64,000 bases of DNA from Anthoceros angustus (GCA_010909165.1 MU008154.1:186001-250000); one strand, 5' to 3'. Shown: positions 38,105 to 54,989, numbered from the stretch's first letter. Made by a program: numbers and translations. The notes: generated by a model from the letters alone, not told the origin.

Positions 38105-38870
38105 CCTTTCCAGGAGCTGTGCCGTGGAATCTTCCCAGCAGAGCAAGTCCGTTGTCGAAGAAAGTTGCCACTGTTGCAGCGTAGACGAGTAGTTAGTTTA
38201 GATGGCAAGATAGGCCAGGGTAAGGTAGACCAGCAAGTGAATGCCCTGGTGACTGAGGCAGAATTCTTGCCTGGGAGTGAACCCAAGGCCTCCGATCAGA
38301 CCAGCACACAAGTCACTGATAATGTCACCATAGAGATAAGGCACCACCAGCACATCGAACAAAGAAGGATTCTTCACAAGCTGCAGATAGAAGAGGTTGA
38401 TTTTGTGAAGGAGAGAGAGGCAGAGAGAGACTTGCAGAAAAATCCCAACTTCAGTCCTTCACGTAGTGTTGGCTGACACTCCTTCCTGTTATGCTCCTTT
38501 GCGTACTGGAAAGCATACCTACTGTTCAACGCGAGCTGGCCTGGCGGGTGATCATCTTCAAGCTTTCCACAATGCTCGTCACCACCTGGACGTGGACAAA
38601 ATCAGGTTACTGAGTCCAATAGGCTGCAACTATAGCCACCATTGAAGATCAGCTGGCAAGTCTTCCAGCCTCTCAGAGGTCGGGAACCACCAAAGTCGAA
38701 TTGGTTTGAACAAGTACCCAAACCTGATGCTCAAGGCCACCGTACTCGCCTTCAGTTGTTTTCTCGGATGGCGATAAGATCAACCTTATCATGCTCGGTC
38801 TTGCATCCAGGAATACTGAGACATGGCCTCACATTTGCATAGAGCCGTAGCTCTTTCCTGTGTCTCTGCT
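38105..38870 (-). pseudogene. IDH: Decayed NAD-dependent isocitrate dehydrogenase catalytic subunit
   Basis: Remnant exons: RKELRLYANVRPCLSIPGCKTEHDKVDLIAIREN/EGEYGGLEHQ; VVTSIVESLKMITRQAS/YAFQYAKEHNRK; [36 protein letters not shown]. Contains frameshifts, a stop, and a substitution in the conserved PNLYGD motif. Confidence 0.8.
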
Positions 38871-41849
38871 GGAAGAACGATTCAGCGTTAGGAACTGAGT
38901 TGGATGGTTCTTGTCAAATGGCCAGTTTGGCTGTCATGTTCAGGCCAAGGCCGAAAGTGTTTTGGCTTTTGCTAGGACAATTTTACTTTCAAAAGAGTTT
39001 TTCACCTACAAACCTACGTGGCAATCCGAATATGTGTGAGGTGGACAAGGTACGTGGGCTGGAAGTTTCCCGAAGTATCCAGAACATCCATTCGCCGCTT
39101 TCCTGGCTTGATTCACGCTAAGTCTTGCACGGCACTCCGCCTCCTACCCCAGTACAAAGCCCTGCCTCCTTCCATCTTTCACAACATTGTGGTGGTGAAC
39201 TTGTGGAGATTGTCTGTTCGTGCAACCCGACAGATGCATGAGCTCTCTCTCGTGGTCAGTTTCCAGCGAGGTACTTAATTGGCACAGAGTAGCTGGTAGG
39301 AGCAGTGTTCATCGCGAACTTGTGACTGTTTTGGACTCTTCGAGGGATGGACCCGCGTTTTCTTCGGGAGGGTGGTGGAGGAGGTCTAGAGAACCAGGTC
39401 AGATTGATGTTCTGACGAGTACCACAAGCTTCAACATCAGTGGCTTTGGACTTTCCACATCCGAGAGGCGGGAGGCGAGATGTAGAGATGTCAATTACCC
39501 CACTCTGCAGTTAGAGCTTGTGGGCCAGCAAGATGATGGGCTCGCACATGAAGGCAGGGTGGAGCATTCTGGGGTTCTTCAACCTAAGTCGGATAATTTT
39601 TCCAAAACATTAGCGCAGTCAGGCGAACCAGGCATGCAATCTGGAATTGGTGTCAGTGCTACCGGTGAATGCGAGTTTGGGAGGGAAATCCCCGTCTGCG
39701 GTAAGGATCATATCCTTGTGCAGGCTGCGGTTTTTTCCACTGGTTCTGAAGCCTGTACACCCAAGACCCATGGTGCCTTATGCCAGGAAAAAAAGACCCC
39801 TTCTCCTGAAAGTTGGTGGAGTATTGGGGATTCCATTTCGGAGACATTACATCTACCCAACCGATTTGACCAACAAATAGAGGTACTTTGACTGATTAAA
39901 CTCTGTTGTTTGTTTAGAGCACTGTTTGGAGGTATTGCAGTCGCATGTACTGTGTCAATTGGCAGAAATTATTTAATACGCTCAAATGCCGACTGGACTC
40001 TAGAGAACTTCTGTTGCGAGTTCTGGTGGGTTTTGTTTTTTAAATGTTATGTTTAGTATTTTGACCCAAGTTGGGATACACACCATTTGTCTGCATTGTA
40101 GGCTATGTATCTTCTGGCAGTAGATGTTCTGGCTCCTTTGAGAGCCTGTCTTGAGAAAGGAACGGTGAGCTTTTATGTCCATATGGAACTGAAGTCCTGC
40201 TTTAATTAGGTACACCGAAGTTATTACGAAGCCAACATGCCGGTTGCAATCCGGGATCAGAAAAAGGCAACACTCTGCAGAGGTTCAGTCCCTGCTGTCA
40301 ATCCAGATGGAACCACGGAGGCCATCTCTGCAGTCACATTCTCAGAGTGTCACTGCCAGGTGCGTTGTCTTCTGCTTTCATATGAAGGCTGTGGTGGATG
40401 GGAGGAATTGGTCAGTTGGGTGTCTTATTCAGAACCATGCAGGCGCGACAGAATCTGGCTCTGATTGGCGATGGTTTGCTCAGCTTCATCACCATTGAGA
40501 GTTTGATACATGAACGGGCCTTCCAACCAAATGTGAGCCTTGAAAGAACGTTTCCAATCTTGAAACAAGTTACTCCTTGTAGTCAGTGTTCTGTCAGTTA
40601 AGACATTGTAAGGTTGCTGTCAGTGCAACCTCGTAAGAGCTGCATCTAACGCTATGTTTCAGGGCGGCGAGGTCACCCAACGTAGGTCTCAGCTAGTAAG
40701 CAGCTTTTTTGCTGTTCTGTGTACTTTGCTGTTCTTTGTACCTTGCAGTTCTGTGCTATTTGGTTGATGCGGCCAGCTAATGAGCCATGTGTTGGCAGGT
40801 GTGCAACAACAATCTCGGACGAGTTTGGTCATCTTTGGGCCTTGACGACTTGCCCTTGGCACATCTATCTGTCGCTGAAAGGAACGGCTCAAAAACTCAG
40901 GTTCCGTCCCATCTTAAGGCTTTGTTTCCATCTCTGTTGATTTCATACCCTGTAGAATGCATGATAACTGAACACTAGATGTACAGGTCCACCTGTATTC
41001 TGATACATTTGAGGCGCTTCTTGGAGCTTTGAATGAAGAGAAGGTATGTTCTCCTGCTGTCAGTATGTCTGAGCTCGGAGGTCACATTAGTTCAATCTTT
41101 CTGGTAATTCTGTGCACGGATCCAAGCTTTCCTGGAATCTCGAGCTATCTAGTGTGGATTTTTTTTTTTTGTCAGGGTTTCCAGTGGGTTGCAGACTTTG
41201 TAAAACGACAAATCTTACCACTTCTATGGGGTGTAGATAAGGTAAGGCAGGGCCGTGCTTGATCTTGAAATCACACGCTTTATAACTTCTCGTTGATATG
41301 GCAACTTTGCAATTCGTTGAATCGTATGGGGCTTGCTTGTGTACAGTGCTGTCAGGTACCAAGCCCCATTGCATCGCTCCAAGAGCTTACTATGGTTTCC
41401 CTTCACGTCACGCCAACCTACAAGTCAGCCCCTTATTTACCTGGTTTTTGGTTTCCTCTCGAGTATCGCAGTATCCTAACTCTCGCGCGAACAGGTTGAT
41501 TGGTATTGACAACAAGGACACGCCTCTGCAAGTATTTCGAGTCCGCGTTTATGTGAAAGGTGTTCGGATGGCCACAGGGTTGGGCTCATCACACAAGCTC
41601 GCCAAACAAGATGCCGCTACGAAAGCAGTGTTGAAGTGGCCAGAGCGGATTGAATTGCTGTCAAAGCTTCCAGGACATAGTACATGATGTCGCCTGTGAC
41701 CTCTGGGAATGCATTGAACAAACGCGATGGGGAAGCTCCAGCACTGCGAAGCTTGCAGTAAATGGGCAACCGTTGCCTTGTAAAAAGTCTAGGGCTTTTG
41801 ACAAGACCACACAGCTAAGCACCTTGTGTGGAGCTGCAGAGGAGTCAGA

Positions 41850-42620
41850 CCTTTCCAGGAGCTGTGCCGTGGAATCTTCCCAGCAGAGCAAGTCCGTTGT
41901 CGAAGAAAGTTGCCACTGTTGCAGCGTAGACGAGTAGTTAGTTTAGATGGCAAGATAGGCCAGGGTAAGGTAGACCAGCAAGTGAATGCCCTGGTGACTG
42001 AGGCAGAATTCTTGCCTGGGAGTGAACCCAAGGCCTCCGATCAGACCAGCACACAAGTCACTGATAATGTCACCATAGAGATAAGGCACCACCAGCACAT
42101 CGAACAAAGAAGGATTCTTCACAAGCTGCAGATAGAAGAGGTTGATTTTGTGAAGGAGAGAGAGGCAGAGAGAGACTTGCAGAAAAATCCCAACTTCAGT
42201 CCTTCACGTAGTGTTGGCTGACACTCGCTTCCTGTTATGCTCCTTTGCGTACTGGAAAGCATACCTACTGTTCAACGCGAGAGCTGGCCTGGCGGGTGAT
42301 CATCTTCAAGCTTTCCACAATGCTCGTCACCACCTGGACGTGGACAAAATCAGGTTACTGAGTCCAATAGGCTGCAACTATAGCCACCATTGAAGATCAG
42401 CTGGCAAGTCTTCCAGCCTCTCAGAGGTCGGGAACCACCAAAGTCGAATTGGTTTGAACAAGTACCCAAACCTGATGCTCAAGGCCACCGTACTCGCCTT
42501 CAGTTGTTTTCTCGGATGGCGATAAGATCAACCTTATCATGCTCGGTCTTGCATCCAGGAATACTGAGACATGGCCTCACATTTGCATAGAGCCGTAGCT
42601 CTTTCCTGTGTCTCTGCTGG
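41850..42620 (-). pseudogene. IDH: Second copy of the IDH pseudogene (part of the 36920-39210 ~ 40670-42960 duplication)
   Basis: Near-identical, with the same stops and substitutions; differs only by small indels. Confidence 0.8.
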
Positions 42621-42944
42621 AAGAACGATTCAGCGTTAGAACTGAGTTGGATGGTTCTTGTCAAATGGCCAGTTTGGCTGTCATGTTCAGGCCAAGGCCG
42701 AAAGTGTTTTGGCTTTTGCTAGGACAATTTTACTTTCAAAGAGTTTTTCACCTACAAACCTACGTGGCAATCCGAATATGTGTGAGGTGGACAAGGTACG
42801 TGGGCTGGAAGTTTCCCGAAGTATCCAGAACATCCATTCGCCGCTTTCCTGGCTTGATTCACGCTAAGTCTTGCACGGCACTCCGCCTCCTACCCCAGTA
42901 CAAAGCCCTGCCTCCTTCCATCTTTCACAACATTGTGGTGGTGA

Positions 42945-44639
<1,695 letters not shown>

Positions 44640-45102
44640 ATTCTCATTTGTCAGTATTTCAGTGTGTGACGGAATGTTGTGAAGTAGTAGGGCTAGCTTC
44701 CGTTGGCATGTTGCTAAATGATTGAACAGATGGTTATACAACTTGGTTGTGAGAATTGTGGATTGTACAGTTCTTGATTCATGTGAATTCTGGCAGCAGT
44801 TATCAATTTAAAAGGTTCTCAGCAGCTCCATTTTTTTTTAGGGTAATTTCCAAAAATATGTAGATATTTAAAGTATAATCAAAATCTGGCATGAAGATTT
44901 GATCTGGAGTAACCCCGTATTGACTAAAATCCCAAAGACTTTTCTCGCCTAGCAAATTCGGAGATTATACAGATATATCAAAGAACACATGAAGATCCCC
45001 AAACAGATGGCCACGCAACTTGATTGTGAGAATTGTGGATTGTACAGTTCTTGATTCATGTGTCCATATGAATCTAGGCACCAATTCTCGCTCGATAAGA
45101 TT

Positions 45103-45122
45103 GTTAGGGTTTAGGGTTTAGG
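45103..45122 (+). repeat. Short interstitial TTTAGGG (telo-box-like) tract; copy at ~48100
   Basis: ttagggtttagggtttagg. Confidence 0.5.
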
Positions 45123-45737
45123 ATGTCTTTTCTGCTTCCTCATACAGGTACGTCTTCTCTAGTTCAGACGTAGTAAGTGTACTCGGTTTTAAACCTCTTT
45201 ACGCTGTACTATCTCTGTTCCATGATGGTTCTCCCATCCTTAGTGGACATAAATAAAGTTGTTGAGAACCATCCTTAGTGGACATAAATAAAGTTGTTGT
45301 TGTTGTAGGAGCTCCATTTCTTTTGGGATACTTGGAAGAATATGTAGATATTTAAGGTACAATCAGAATCTGGCACGAATACATCAGTAACCCCATATTG
45401 ACTCAATCGCAAGCAGACTTAATCCATCTGGCACGAATACATCAGTAACCCCATATTGACTCAATCGCAAGCAGACTTAATCCATCTTATGGATAGTATC
45501 TAATCATTATCAATCCCAGCAGGTGTTGACTAAGAGTAGTAGCATATTGTTGGACATGTATGAGAAACACCGTGAGCAATTTAGGGTAAGCAGAAGCTCC
45601 CTACGGCTTGCAAAATTGTTTCATATGAATCTGGCTTTCAATTTTTTGGTCATTTTGAATGAAGACAACATGAAAGCTCCCAAAGAGAATGAAGACTTTA
45701 TTAAAATGAAGAGCTAGAAAAGCCCATCTACCTCTCT

Positions 45738-47400
45738 TTATTGCACCTTGGAATAAAGAAAATGATAACATAACTCGGTGTGCTTGGAACATTCATGCAA
45801 CCTCATGTCTCTGGCCAGAGCACTGGTAGCTTGATTGTCACACATTAGCTCTACTGGTCCATTGTGTGGATGTCCAAGGTCTCGAAGGAGCTGAACAAGC
45901 CAAAGTCCTTCCTTTGCTACAGAAGCAACTGCGATATATTCAGACTCAGCTGAACTCAGAGCAATCGACGTCTGTTTCTTAGACTGCCAACTCACAGCAC
46001 GACTTGCAAGCATAAAGACATAACCACTGGTGGATTTCCTTGTGTTAGGATCTCCCGTCCAGTCTGCGCCGGTCCAGCCAATAAGCTTGGTTTGAGCATT
46101 AGGACCTCCTTTATACTGAATTCCATGGGTTCTTGTCCGTTGTAGATATCTAAGGATTCTCTTGGCAGCCACCCAATGCAACTTGTCGGGATTGGATAGG
46201 AACTGAGATACGTGTCCGTTAGAACATGCTACATCTACTTGAGTGTACTAAGCTAAATGTTGAACACTACCAACTACTCCCACATATGCAACTAATTGCA
46301 TTTCTGCAATTTCAATATCTGATTAAGGTGACATTATTTTGCTTAGCCTAGAGCCTATTTGCATGGGTGTATCAGCTGGTTTGCAACAAGACATCTAATA
46401 CTTGGTCAGCAAATTAGAGACATAGGTACCCTAATGTGAAGTGATACTATGATAAGACGAATCTTGAATGCCAAGGCAATATGTCATACTACCATTGTCT
46501 GTCATCTTGAATTCTTTCCTAAGATCAAGACTTGCACTCAGCTAAATATGTCTCATTGTTGGAAACCATAATGAGGTCATCAACATAAAGACCCATTATA
46601 AGAAGCTATTGCCCTCGGTTTTAAACACTCACATCCAGAGAACTTTTGATTTAGCCTAGGCTGAGCAAATATGATTAAAACCATATCATCCTCTTGGAGA
46701 CTATTTGAGTCCATAGTGTGTTTTCTTAAGTAGGCAGACCTTGGACTCTTGGCCTGGTGCTTCATATCTATGAGGTTGTATGTAGATTTCCTCCTTTAAG
46801 ATTCCATGTAGAAAAATCATCTCCATATCTAGTGATGTATAAAAGACTATACAAAGCGCTAAGGCTATCATCACACAAAGAGAGGTGAGCTTGCCTCGCT
46901 GAAAATGTTTGATTCGAGTAGTCAACTCCTTTATTTTGCGAACCTCTTGCGATAAGTCTCCCTTTAAATCTAGTTACAGAGCCATCCGTTGTACTTCTTC
47001 CTTAGTACCCATTTGCTGCCTATGATGTCCTATTCCTATGGTGGATCAACCAGAGTCCATGTATCATTAGAAACCAAGGAGTTATATTCACTGTCCATTG
47101 CGTGTTTCCATAAACCGGATTCGTCATGCAGGGCTTTAACGAGAACTATATCAGCATTGAAAGAGCATGAGTAGAAAGCCTTGGCACTTCTCGAAAGTAA
47201 GGTCATGAAATTTTACACCGAATCCCTCCGATCGATCTAGTGGATTGTCCAAGAGTCTTAGGAACGAGTTGATCATGCACAAACATGTGGATTTATTAAT
47301 TCCTAGACCAAGGTGGTGATGTTTATGTAAGTTGAGTTGATGGTGCCTTTACCTCTTATTAAAGTCATAGTTCATTCAAAAGCTAAAATGGTATTATGAT
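45738..47400 (-). mobile_element. Degenerate Ty1/copia retrotransposon (RT + RNase H remnant)
   Basis: HWVAAKRILRYL..ADWTGDPNTRKSTSGYVF..VSWQSKKQTSIALSSAESEYIA..CDNQA, and [24 protein letters not shown]. Many stops; no LTRs identified. Confidence 0.85.
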
Positions 47401-47442
47401 ATCTCAAGATGTGAAAAGCTTTATGTCTCGATATCTCACGTG

Positions 47443-47647
<205 letters not shown>

Positions 47648-48713
47648 ATTCTCATTTGTCAGTATTTCAGTGTGTGACGGAATGTTGTGAAGTAGTAGGG
47701 CTAGCTTCCGTTGGCATGTTGCTAAATGATTGAACAGATGGTTATACAACTTGAGAATTGTGGATTGTACAGTTCTTGATTCATGTGAATTCTGGCAGCA
47801 GTTATCAATTTAAAAGGTTCTCAGCAGCTCCATTTTTTTAGGTAATTTCCAAAAATATGTAGATATTTAAAGTATAATCAAAATCTGGCATGAAGATTTG
47901 ATCTGGAGTAACCCGTATTGACTAAAATCCCAAAGACTTTTCTCGCCTAGCAAATTCGGAGATTATACAGATATATCAAAGAACACATGAAGATCCCCAA
48001 ACAGATGGCCACGCAACTTGATTGTGAGAATTGTGGATTGTACAGTTCTTGATTCATGTGTCCATATGAATCTAGGCACCAATTCTCGCTCGATAAGATT
48101 GTTAGGGTTTAGGGTTTAGGATGTCTTTTCTGCTTCCTCATACAGGTACGTCTTCTCTAGTTCAGACGTAGTAAGTGTACTCGGTTTTTAAACCTCTTTT
48201 ACGCTGTACTATCTCTGTTCCATGATGGTTCTCCCATCCTTAGTGGACATAAATAAAGTTGTTGAGAACCATCCTTAGTGGACATAAATAAAGTTGTTGT
48301 TGTTGTAGGAGCTCCATTTCTTTTGGGATACTTGGAAGAATATGTAGATATTTAAGGTACAATCGAATCCTGCAATACATCAGTCCCCATATTGACTCAA
48401 TCGCACTTAATCCATCCGCACGAATACATCAGTAACCCCATATTGACTCAATCGCAAGCAGACTTAATCCATCTTATGGATAGTATCTAATCATTATCAA
48501 TCCCAGCAGGTGTTGACTAAGAGTAGTAGCATATTGTTGGACATGTATGAGAAACACCGTGAGCAATTTAGGGTGAAGCTCCACTTGCAAAATTGTTTCA
48601 TATGAATCGGCTTTCAATTTTTTGGTCATTTTGAATGAAGACAACATGAAAGCTCCCAAAGAGAATGAAGACTTTATTAAAATGAAGAGCTAGAAAAGCC
48701 CATCTACCTCTCT

Positions 48714-50400
48714 TTATTGCACCTTGGAATAAAGAAAATGATAACATAACTCGGTGTGCTTGGAACATTCATGCAACCTCATGTCTCTGGCCAGAGCACT
48801 GGTAGCTTGATTGTCACACATTAGCTCTACTGGTCCATTGTGTGGATGTCCAAGGTCTCGAAGGAGCTGAACAAGCCAAAGTCCTTCCTTTGCTACGAAG
48901 CAAGCTGATATATTCGACTCGGTGAACTCGAGCAATCGTCTGCTTTCTTGCCAACTCACAAAGACGACTTGCAAGCATAAAGACATAACCACCGGTGGAT
49001 TTCCTTGTGTTAGGATCTCCCGTCCATCTGCACCAATAAGCTTGGTTTGAGCATTAGGACCTCCTTTATCAATTCCATGGGTTCTTGTCCGTTGTAGATA
49101 TCTAAGGATTCTCTTGGCGCCCACCCAATGCAACTTGTCGGGATTGGATAGGGCGAGATACGTGTCCGTTAGAACATGCTACATCTACTTGAGTGTACTA
49201 AGCTAAATGTTGAACACTACCAACTACTCCACATATGCAACTAATTGCATTTACGCAATTTCAATATCGATTAAGGTGACATTATTTTGCTTAGCCTAGA
49301 GCCTATTTGCATGGGTGTATCACCTGGTTTGCAACAAGACATCTAATACTTGGTCAAGAATTAGAGACATAGGTACCCTAATGTGAAGTGATACTATGAT
49401 AAGACGAATCTTGAATGCCAAGGCAATATGTCATACTACCATTGTCTGTCATCTTGAATTCTTTCCTAAGATCAAGACTTGCACTCAGCTAAATATGTCT
49501 CATTGTTGGAAACCATAATGAGGTCATCAACATAAAGACCCATTATAAGAAGCTATTGCCCTCGGTTTCTGATGAAGACACTCACATCCAGAGAACTTTT
49601 GATTTAGCCTAGGCTGAGCAAATATGATTAAAACCATATCATCCTCTTGGAGACTATTTGAGTCCATAGTGTGTTTTCTTAAGTAGGCAGACCTTGGACT
49701 CTTGGCCTGGTGCTTCATATCTATGAGGTTGTATGTAGATTTCCTCCTTTAAGATTCCATGTAGAAAAATCATCTCCATATCTAGTGATGTATAAAAGAC
49801 TATACAAAGCGCTAAGGCTATCATCACACAAAGAGAGGTGAGCTTGCCTCGCTGAAAATGTTTGATTCGAGTAGTCAACTCCTTTATTTTGCGAACCTCT
49901 TGCGATAAGTCTCCCTTTAAATCTAGTTACAGAGCCATCTGCGTTGTACTTCTTCCTTAGTACCCATTTGCTGCCTATGATGTCCTATTCCTATGGTGGA
50001 TCAACCAGAGTCCATGTATCATTAGAAACCAAGGAGTTATATTCGCTGTCCATTGCGTGTTTCCATAAACTGGATTCTGGTCATGCAGGGGCTTCTTTAA
50101 CGAGAACTATATCAGCATTGAAAAGAGCATGAGTAGAAAGCCTTCGGCACTTCTCGAAAGTAAGGTCATGAAATTTTACACCGGGAATCCCTCTGATCGA
50201 TCTAGTGGATTGTCCAGTAGTCTTAGGAACGAGTTGATCATGCACTGAAACATGTGGATTTATTAATTCCTAGACCAAGGCTGGTGATGTTTATGTAAGT
50301 TGAGTTGATGGTGCCTTTACCTCTTATTAAAGTCATAGTTCATTCAAAACTGTTAAAATGGTATTATGATATCTCAAGATGTGAAAAGCTTTATGTCTCG
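48714..50400 (-). mobile_element. Second copy of the copia remnant
   Basis: Duplicate of 45738-47400 with many small deletions. Confidence 0.8.
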
Positions 50401-52099
50401 ATATCTCACGTGTCAAAAGGCTGTGATGGTTACCTATGAGTAGTCTAATTGTGAATTCTTTCCTGCTTTTTTCTGCATCGTATCTTAGTGCGGAACTAAG
50501 ATACGATGGTTTCATAACTACGGTTTCATAACACTTCCTAATGATTACGAGATGAGCATATTCTGCAGAGCTTCAAGTTTTTCTTTGCAACATCTGCCAA
50601 GGTAAAGAGATAAGTAGGGGGAAGGAGCTTACGTTTAAGCTAAGTAAAGTGCGATGCCCCTTAATCTACGCTAGGTGAAACCGCTGCGTTAGACGGTTTG
50701 AAGATCATGGTTGCGATCTGCAACTCTAAGGCTAGTCAAGGGTAGATGGAATAATATCTTGATTTTATTGTTGTCTGAAATCTCCTGGTTTATTTCCATG
50801 GCGTTTCGGGGGGAGACAATGCGAGGATGTGTGAGGGGGGCGACTTGGATAGCACCGCTGTGGTTTTAAGACACAGCTAAGAATAAAGGCAAACTTGTGA
50901 GCACCTGGATTGCATCTTTGTAGGGTGCAAGAAAGGGCAATAAATGGGGTAACTGTAGATCTCTTTTGGTTGGAGCTCGCATTCAAGATGGTATAGGACT
51001 ATGATGGCTAATGAGCCAGTAGCAGACTAACTGACAAAAGACTTCTTTCTATCATTGACAGGTTTGTTGCCTTGCCTTTGAACGTTTCATGTGTCATCTA
51101 GAAGCTTATATTTTTGAAATATTCTTAATTTTGCTGGATTCATGCACTCTGGAGTTTGTTTGTGGCTTAGATTTTTGGAGAGCATTGTAATCTAGGTTTT
51201 TTAGATCTAGGTTTGCATATGCGGATCGAACATGTGTAATTGTTGTTGCATCTTTTACTCATGCTACTCTTTTTAGCGTTGGTGTAATTACATCACTAGC
51301 AATGCAAATATAGGGTCAAGAAGAGTTGCATGTAGGCAATAAAGCTATGAAGTGTTATACAAACAGAAGACAGAAGTGAATACATATATATGGGGCCCTG
51401 CGGAAGTTAATTGGTGACGAATCCCCCATATTAGAGTTGGTCATAGGATCAGCCATTTGGCTAGATACACTAAAGAAGTGCTTAGGATTGTTTAGCAATG
51501 ATTAGTAATTGAGAAGAAATCTTTTCTAGAGTAGATAAGATATCATGCTGTCTTCTATAGATATCATCTAGGAAAGTAGAGATTTGACTAGAACGCTCGT
51601 AGTCCGGCCCATGATGTTGCCTCTTGGTGTTATCGATGAGTCATGATCAACATCTCCATGCTTGACATTTGTGTTAGGCATACTAGATGCTCTTCTTGCC
51701 ATCTTTGTGATACCATGTGCATGATCATGGAGAGCATTTGAAAATCGTGACAATCGTCCATGAATTCACATTACTCAACAACAACAAGTGATCCAACTCC
51801 AAGGACTTTTGCAACTTCAATACATATGTCCGCATACACTAAGTCGATAGGAAGACTTGATTTGCACTTCCATCCGAGCCAATTCCCTAAGTCCATTTAT
51901 GACAACATGACCAAGCATGCATCTTTTAGTTCATCACGCTTTGCATACCTAGAAGACTTGATTTGCATTTCGAGCCAATTCCCTAAGTCCATTTATGACA
52001 ACATGACCAAGCATGCATCTTTTAGTTCATCACGCTCTGCATACCCAGATATCCGGGCATTCCATGTCCTCGCCTCTCTTGTGGCCGTGCTCTCAAAAC

Positions 52100-54400
52100 C
52101 ATGCGGTTGTATGTAGATTTCCTCCTTTAAGATTCCATGTAGAAAAATCATCTCCATATCTAGCTGATGTATAAAAAGACTATACAAAGCAGCTAAGGCT
52201 ATCATCACACAAAGAGAGGTGAGCTTGCCTACCGGGCTGAAAATGTTTGATTCGGAGTAGTCAACTCCTTTATTTTGCGCGAACCCTCTTGCGATAAGTC
52301 TCCCTTTAAATCTAGTTACAGAGCCATCTGCGTTGTACTTCTTCCTTAGTACCCATTTGCTGCCTATGATGTCCTATTCCTATGGTGGATCAACCAGAGT
52401 CCATGTATCATTAGAAACCAAGGAGTTATATTCATTGTCCATTGCGTGTTTCCATAAACCGGATTACGTCATGCAGCTTTAACGAGAACTATATCGCATT
52501 GAAAGAGCATGAGTAGAAAGCCTTGGCACTTCTCGTAAGGTCATGAAATTTTACACCGAATCCCTCGATCGATCTAGTGGATTGTCCAAGTAGTCTTAGG
52601 AACGAGTTGATCATGCACCAAACATGTGGATTTATTAATTCCTAGACCAAAAGGTGATGTTTATGTAAGTTGAGTTGATGGTGCCTTTACCTCTTATTAA
52701 AGTCATAGTTCATTCAAAAAAAATGGTATTATGATATCTCAAGATGTGAAAAGCTTTATGTCTCGATATCTCACGTGTCAAAAGGTGATGGTTACCTATG
52801 AGTAGTCTAATTGTGAATTCTTCCGCATCGTATCTTAGTGCGGAACTAAGATACGATGGTTTCATAACTACGGTTTCATAACACTTCCTAATGATTACGA
52901 GATGAGCATATTAGAGCTTCAAGTTTTTCTTTGCAACATCCGCCAAGGTAAAGAGATAAGTAGGGGAAGGAGCTACGTTTAAGCTAAGTAAAGTGCGATG
53001 CCCCTTAATCTACGCTAGGTGAAAACGCTAGTTACTTGAAGATCATGGTTGCGATCGCAACTCTAAGGCTAGTCAAGGGTAGATGGAATAATATCTTGAT
53101 TTTATTGTTATAAAATCTCCGGTTTATTTCCATGGCGTTTGGGAGACAATGCGAGGATGTGTGAGGGGCGACTTGATAGCACCACGTGGTTTTAAGACAC
53201 ACTAAGAATAAAGGCAAACTTGTGAGCACCGGATTGCATCTTTGTAGGGTGCAAGAAAGGGCAATAAATCAGATCTCTTTGGTTGGAGCTCGCATTCAAG
53301 ATGGTATAGGACTATGATGGCTAATGAGCTAGCTAACGACAAAAGACTTCTTTCTATCATTGCAGTTTGTTGCCTTGCCTTTGAACGCTTCATGTGTCAT
53401 CTAGAAGCTTATATTTTGAAATATTCTTAATTTTTGGATTCATGCACTCAGTTTGTTTGTGGCTTAGATTTTTGGAGAGCATTGTAATCTAGGTTTTTAG
53501 ATCTAGGTTTGCATATGCGGATCGAACATGTGTAATTGTTGTTGCATCTTTACTCATGCTACTCTTTAGCGTTGGTGTAATTACATCACTAGCAATGCAA
53601 ATATAGGGTCAAGAAGAGTTGCATGTAGGCAATAAAGCTATGAAGTGTTATACAAAAGGCAGTGAATACATATATATGGGGCCTACGGAAGTTAATTGGT
53701 GACGAATCCCCCATATTAGAGTTGGTCATAGGATCAGCCATTTGGCTAGATACACTAAAGAAGTGCTTAGGATTGTTTAGCAATGATTAGTAATTGAGAA
53801 GAAATCTTTTCTAGAGTAGATAAGATATCATGCTGTCTTCTATAGATATCATCTAGGAAAGTAGAGATTTGACTAGAACGTTCAGAGTCTGTCCATGATG
53901 TTGCCTCTTGGTGTTACTGGGACAGAGTCATGATCAACATCTGTCCATGCTTGACATTTGTGTTAGGCATACTAGATGCTCTTCTTGCCATGCTGTGATA
54001 CCATGTGCATGATCATGGAGAGCATTTGAAAATCGTGACAATCGTCCATGAATTCACATTACTCAACAACAACAAGTGATCCAACTCCAAGGACTTTTGC
54101 AACTTCAATACATATGTCTGGCATACACTAAGCTGATAGGAAGACTTGATTTGCACTTCCATCCGAGCCAATTCCCTAAGTCCATTTATGACAACATGAC
54201 CAAGCATGCATCTTTTAGTTCATCACGCTTTGCATACCTAGAAGACTTGATTTGCATTTCGAGCCGAGCCAATTCCCTAAGTCCATTTATGACAACATGA
54301 CCAAGCATGCATCTTTTAGTTCATCACGCTCTGCATACCCAGATATCCGGGCATTCCATGTCCTCGCCTCTCTTGTGGCCGTGCTCTCAAAACCATGCGT
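52100..54400 (-). mobile_element. Third partial copia RT copy plus flank (duplicate of ~49720-52090), including a ~99-bp tandem duplication
   Basis: [22 protein letters not shown] at ~52100-52200; colinear with 49720-52090. The unit ccgagccaattccctaagtcc... occurs twice at 51872-52060 and at 54160-54340. Confidence 0.75.
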
Positions 54401-54989
54401 GCATCTTGTAGTTCACAACAATTTTTGTGTACAGGGATATCGGGGCTTTCCATGTCACCACAAGAAAGACTCTGAGGTGGCTTGTGTCCCAAGGATATGT
54501 GCAGGACGGGCATCCCGTCATAAAAAATGTTTCAAATGCCAAATGAATAGGTCAACCAAACATGACACCTCACATGGAAAAGGTGCTTTCAGGCTCAGTG
54601 CAATCTTGGCTCGCAGATTGAAATCGAAGTGCTTCAAAGACATTGCTCGCGTCAAGCCGGGCTCAAACTCAGAAGAATTATCAGTCTCAAAGGGATGTTC
54701 AGAATCTACCGTCTGACAACATGACATCGTGTTCCGGTGACTGGTGTCACGAAAAATGAAAAACTGAATATGAACTGATCTGTTTGGAACATGAACCGGT
54801 CATTCCGGGGTTAATCCAGTGACGTTCTACGGCTATGTGGGTACTGAAACTCGACAAGCTCCTACAAGTTAGGGCTGTCGAGTGTGTGAGTGTAGACTTT
54901 CTAGACCTTCGGCCTTGTGTACTTATTAGCCCCTCAGTACAAAGCGGTATTAGGGGTTCGATATTGCGTGACACCTCCCGTCAGCAGCT

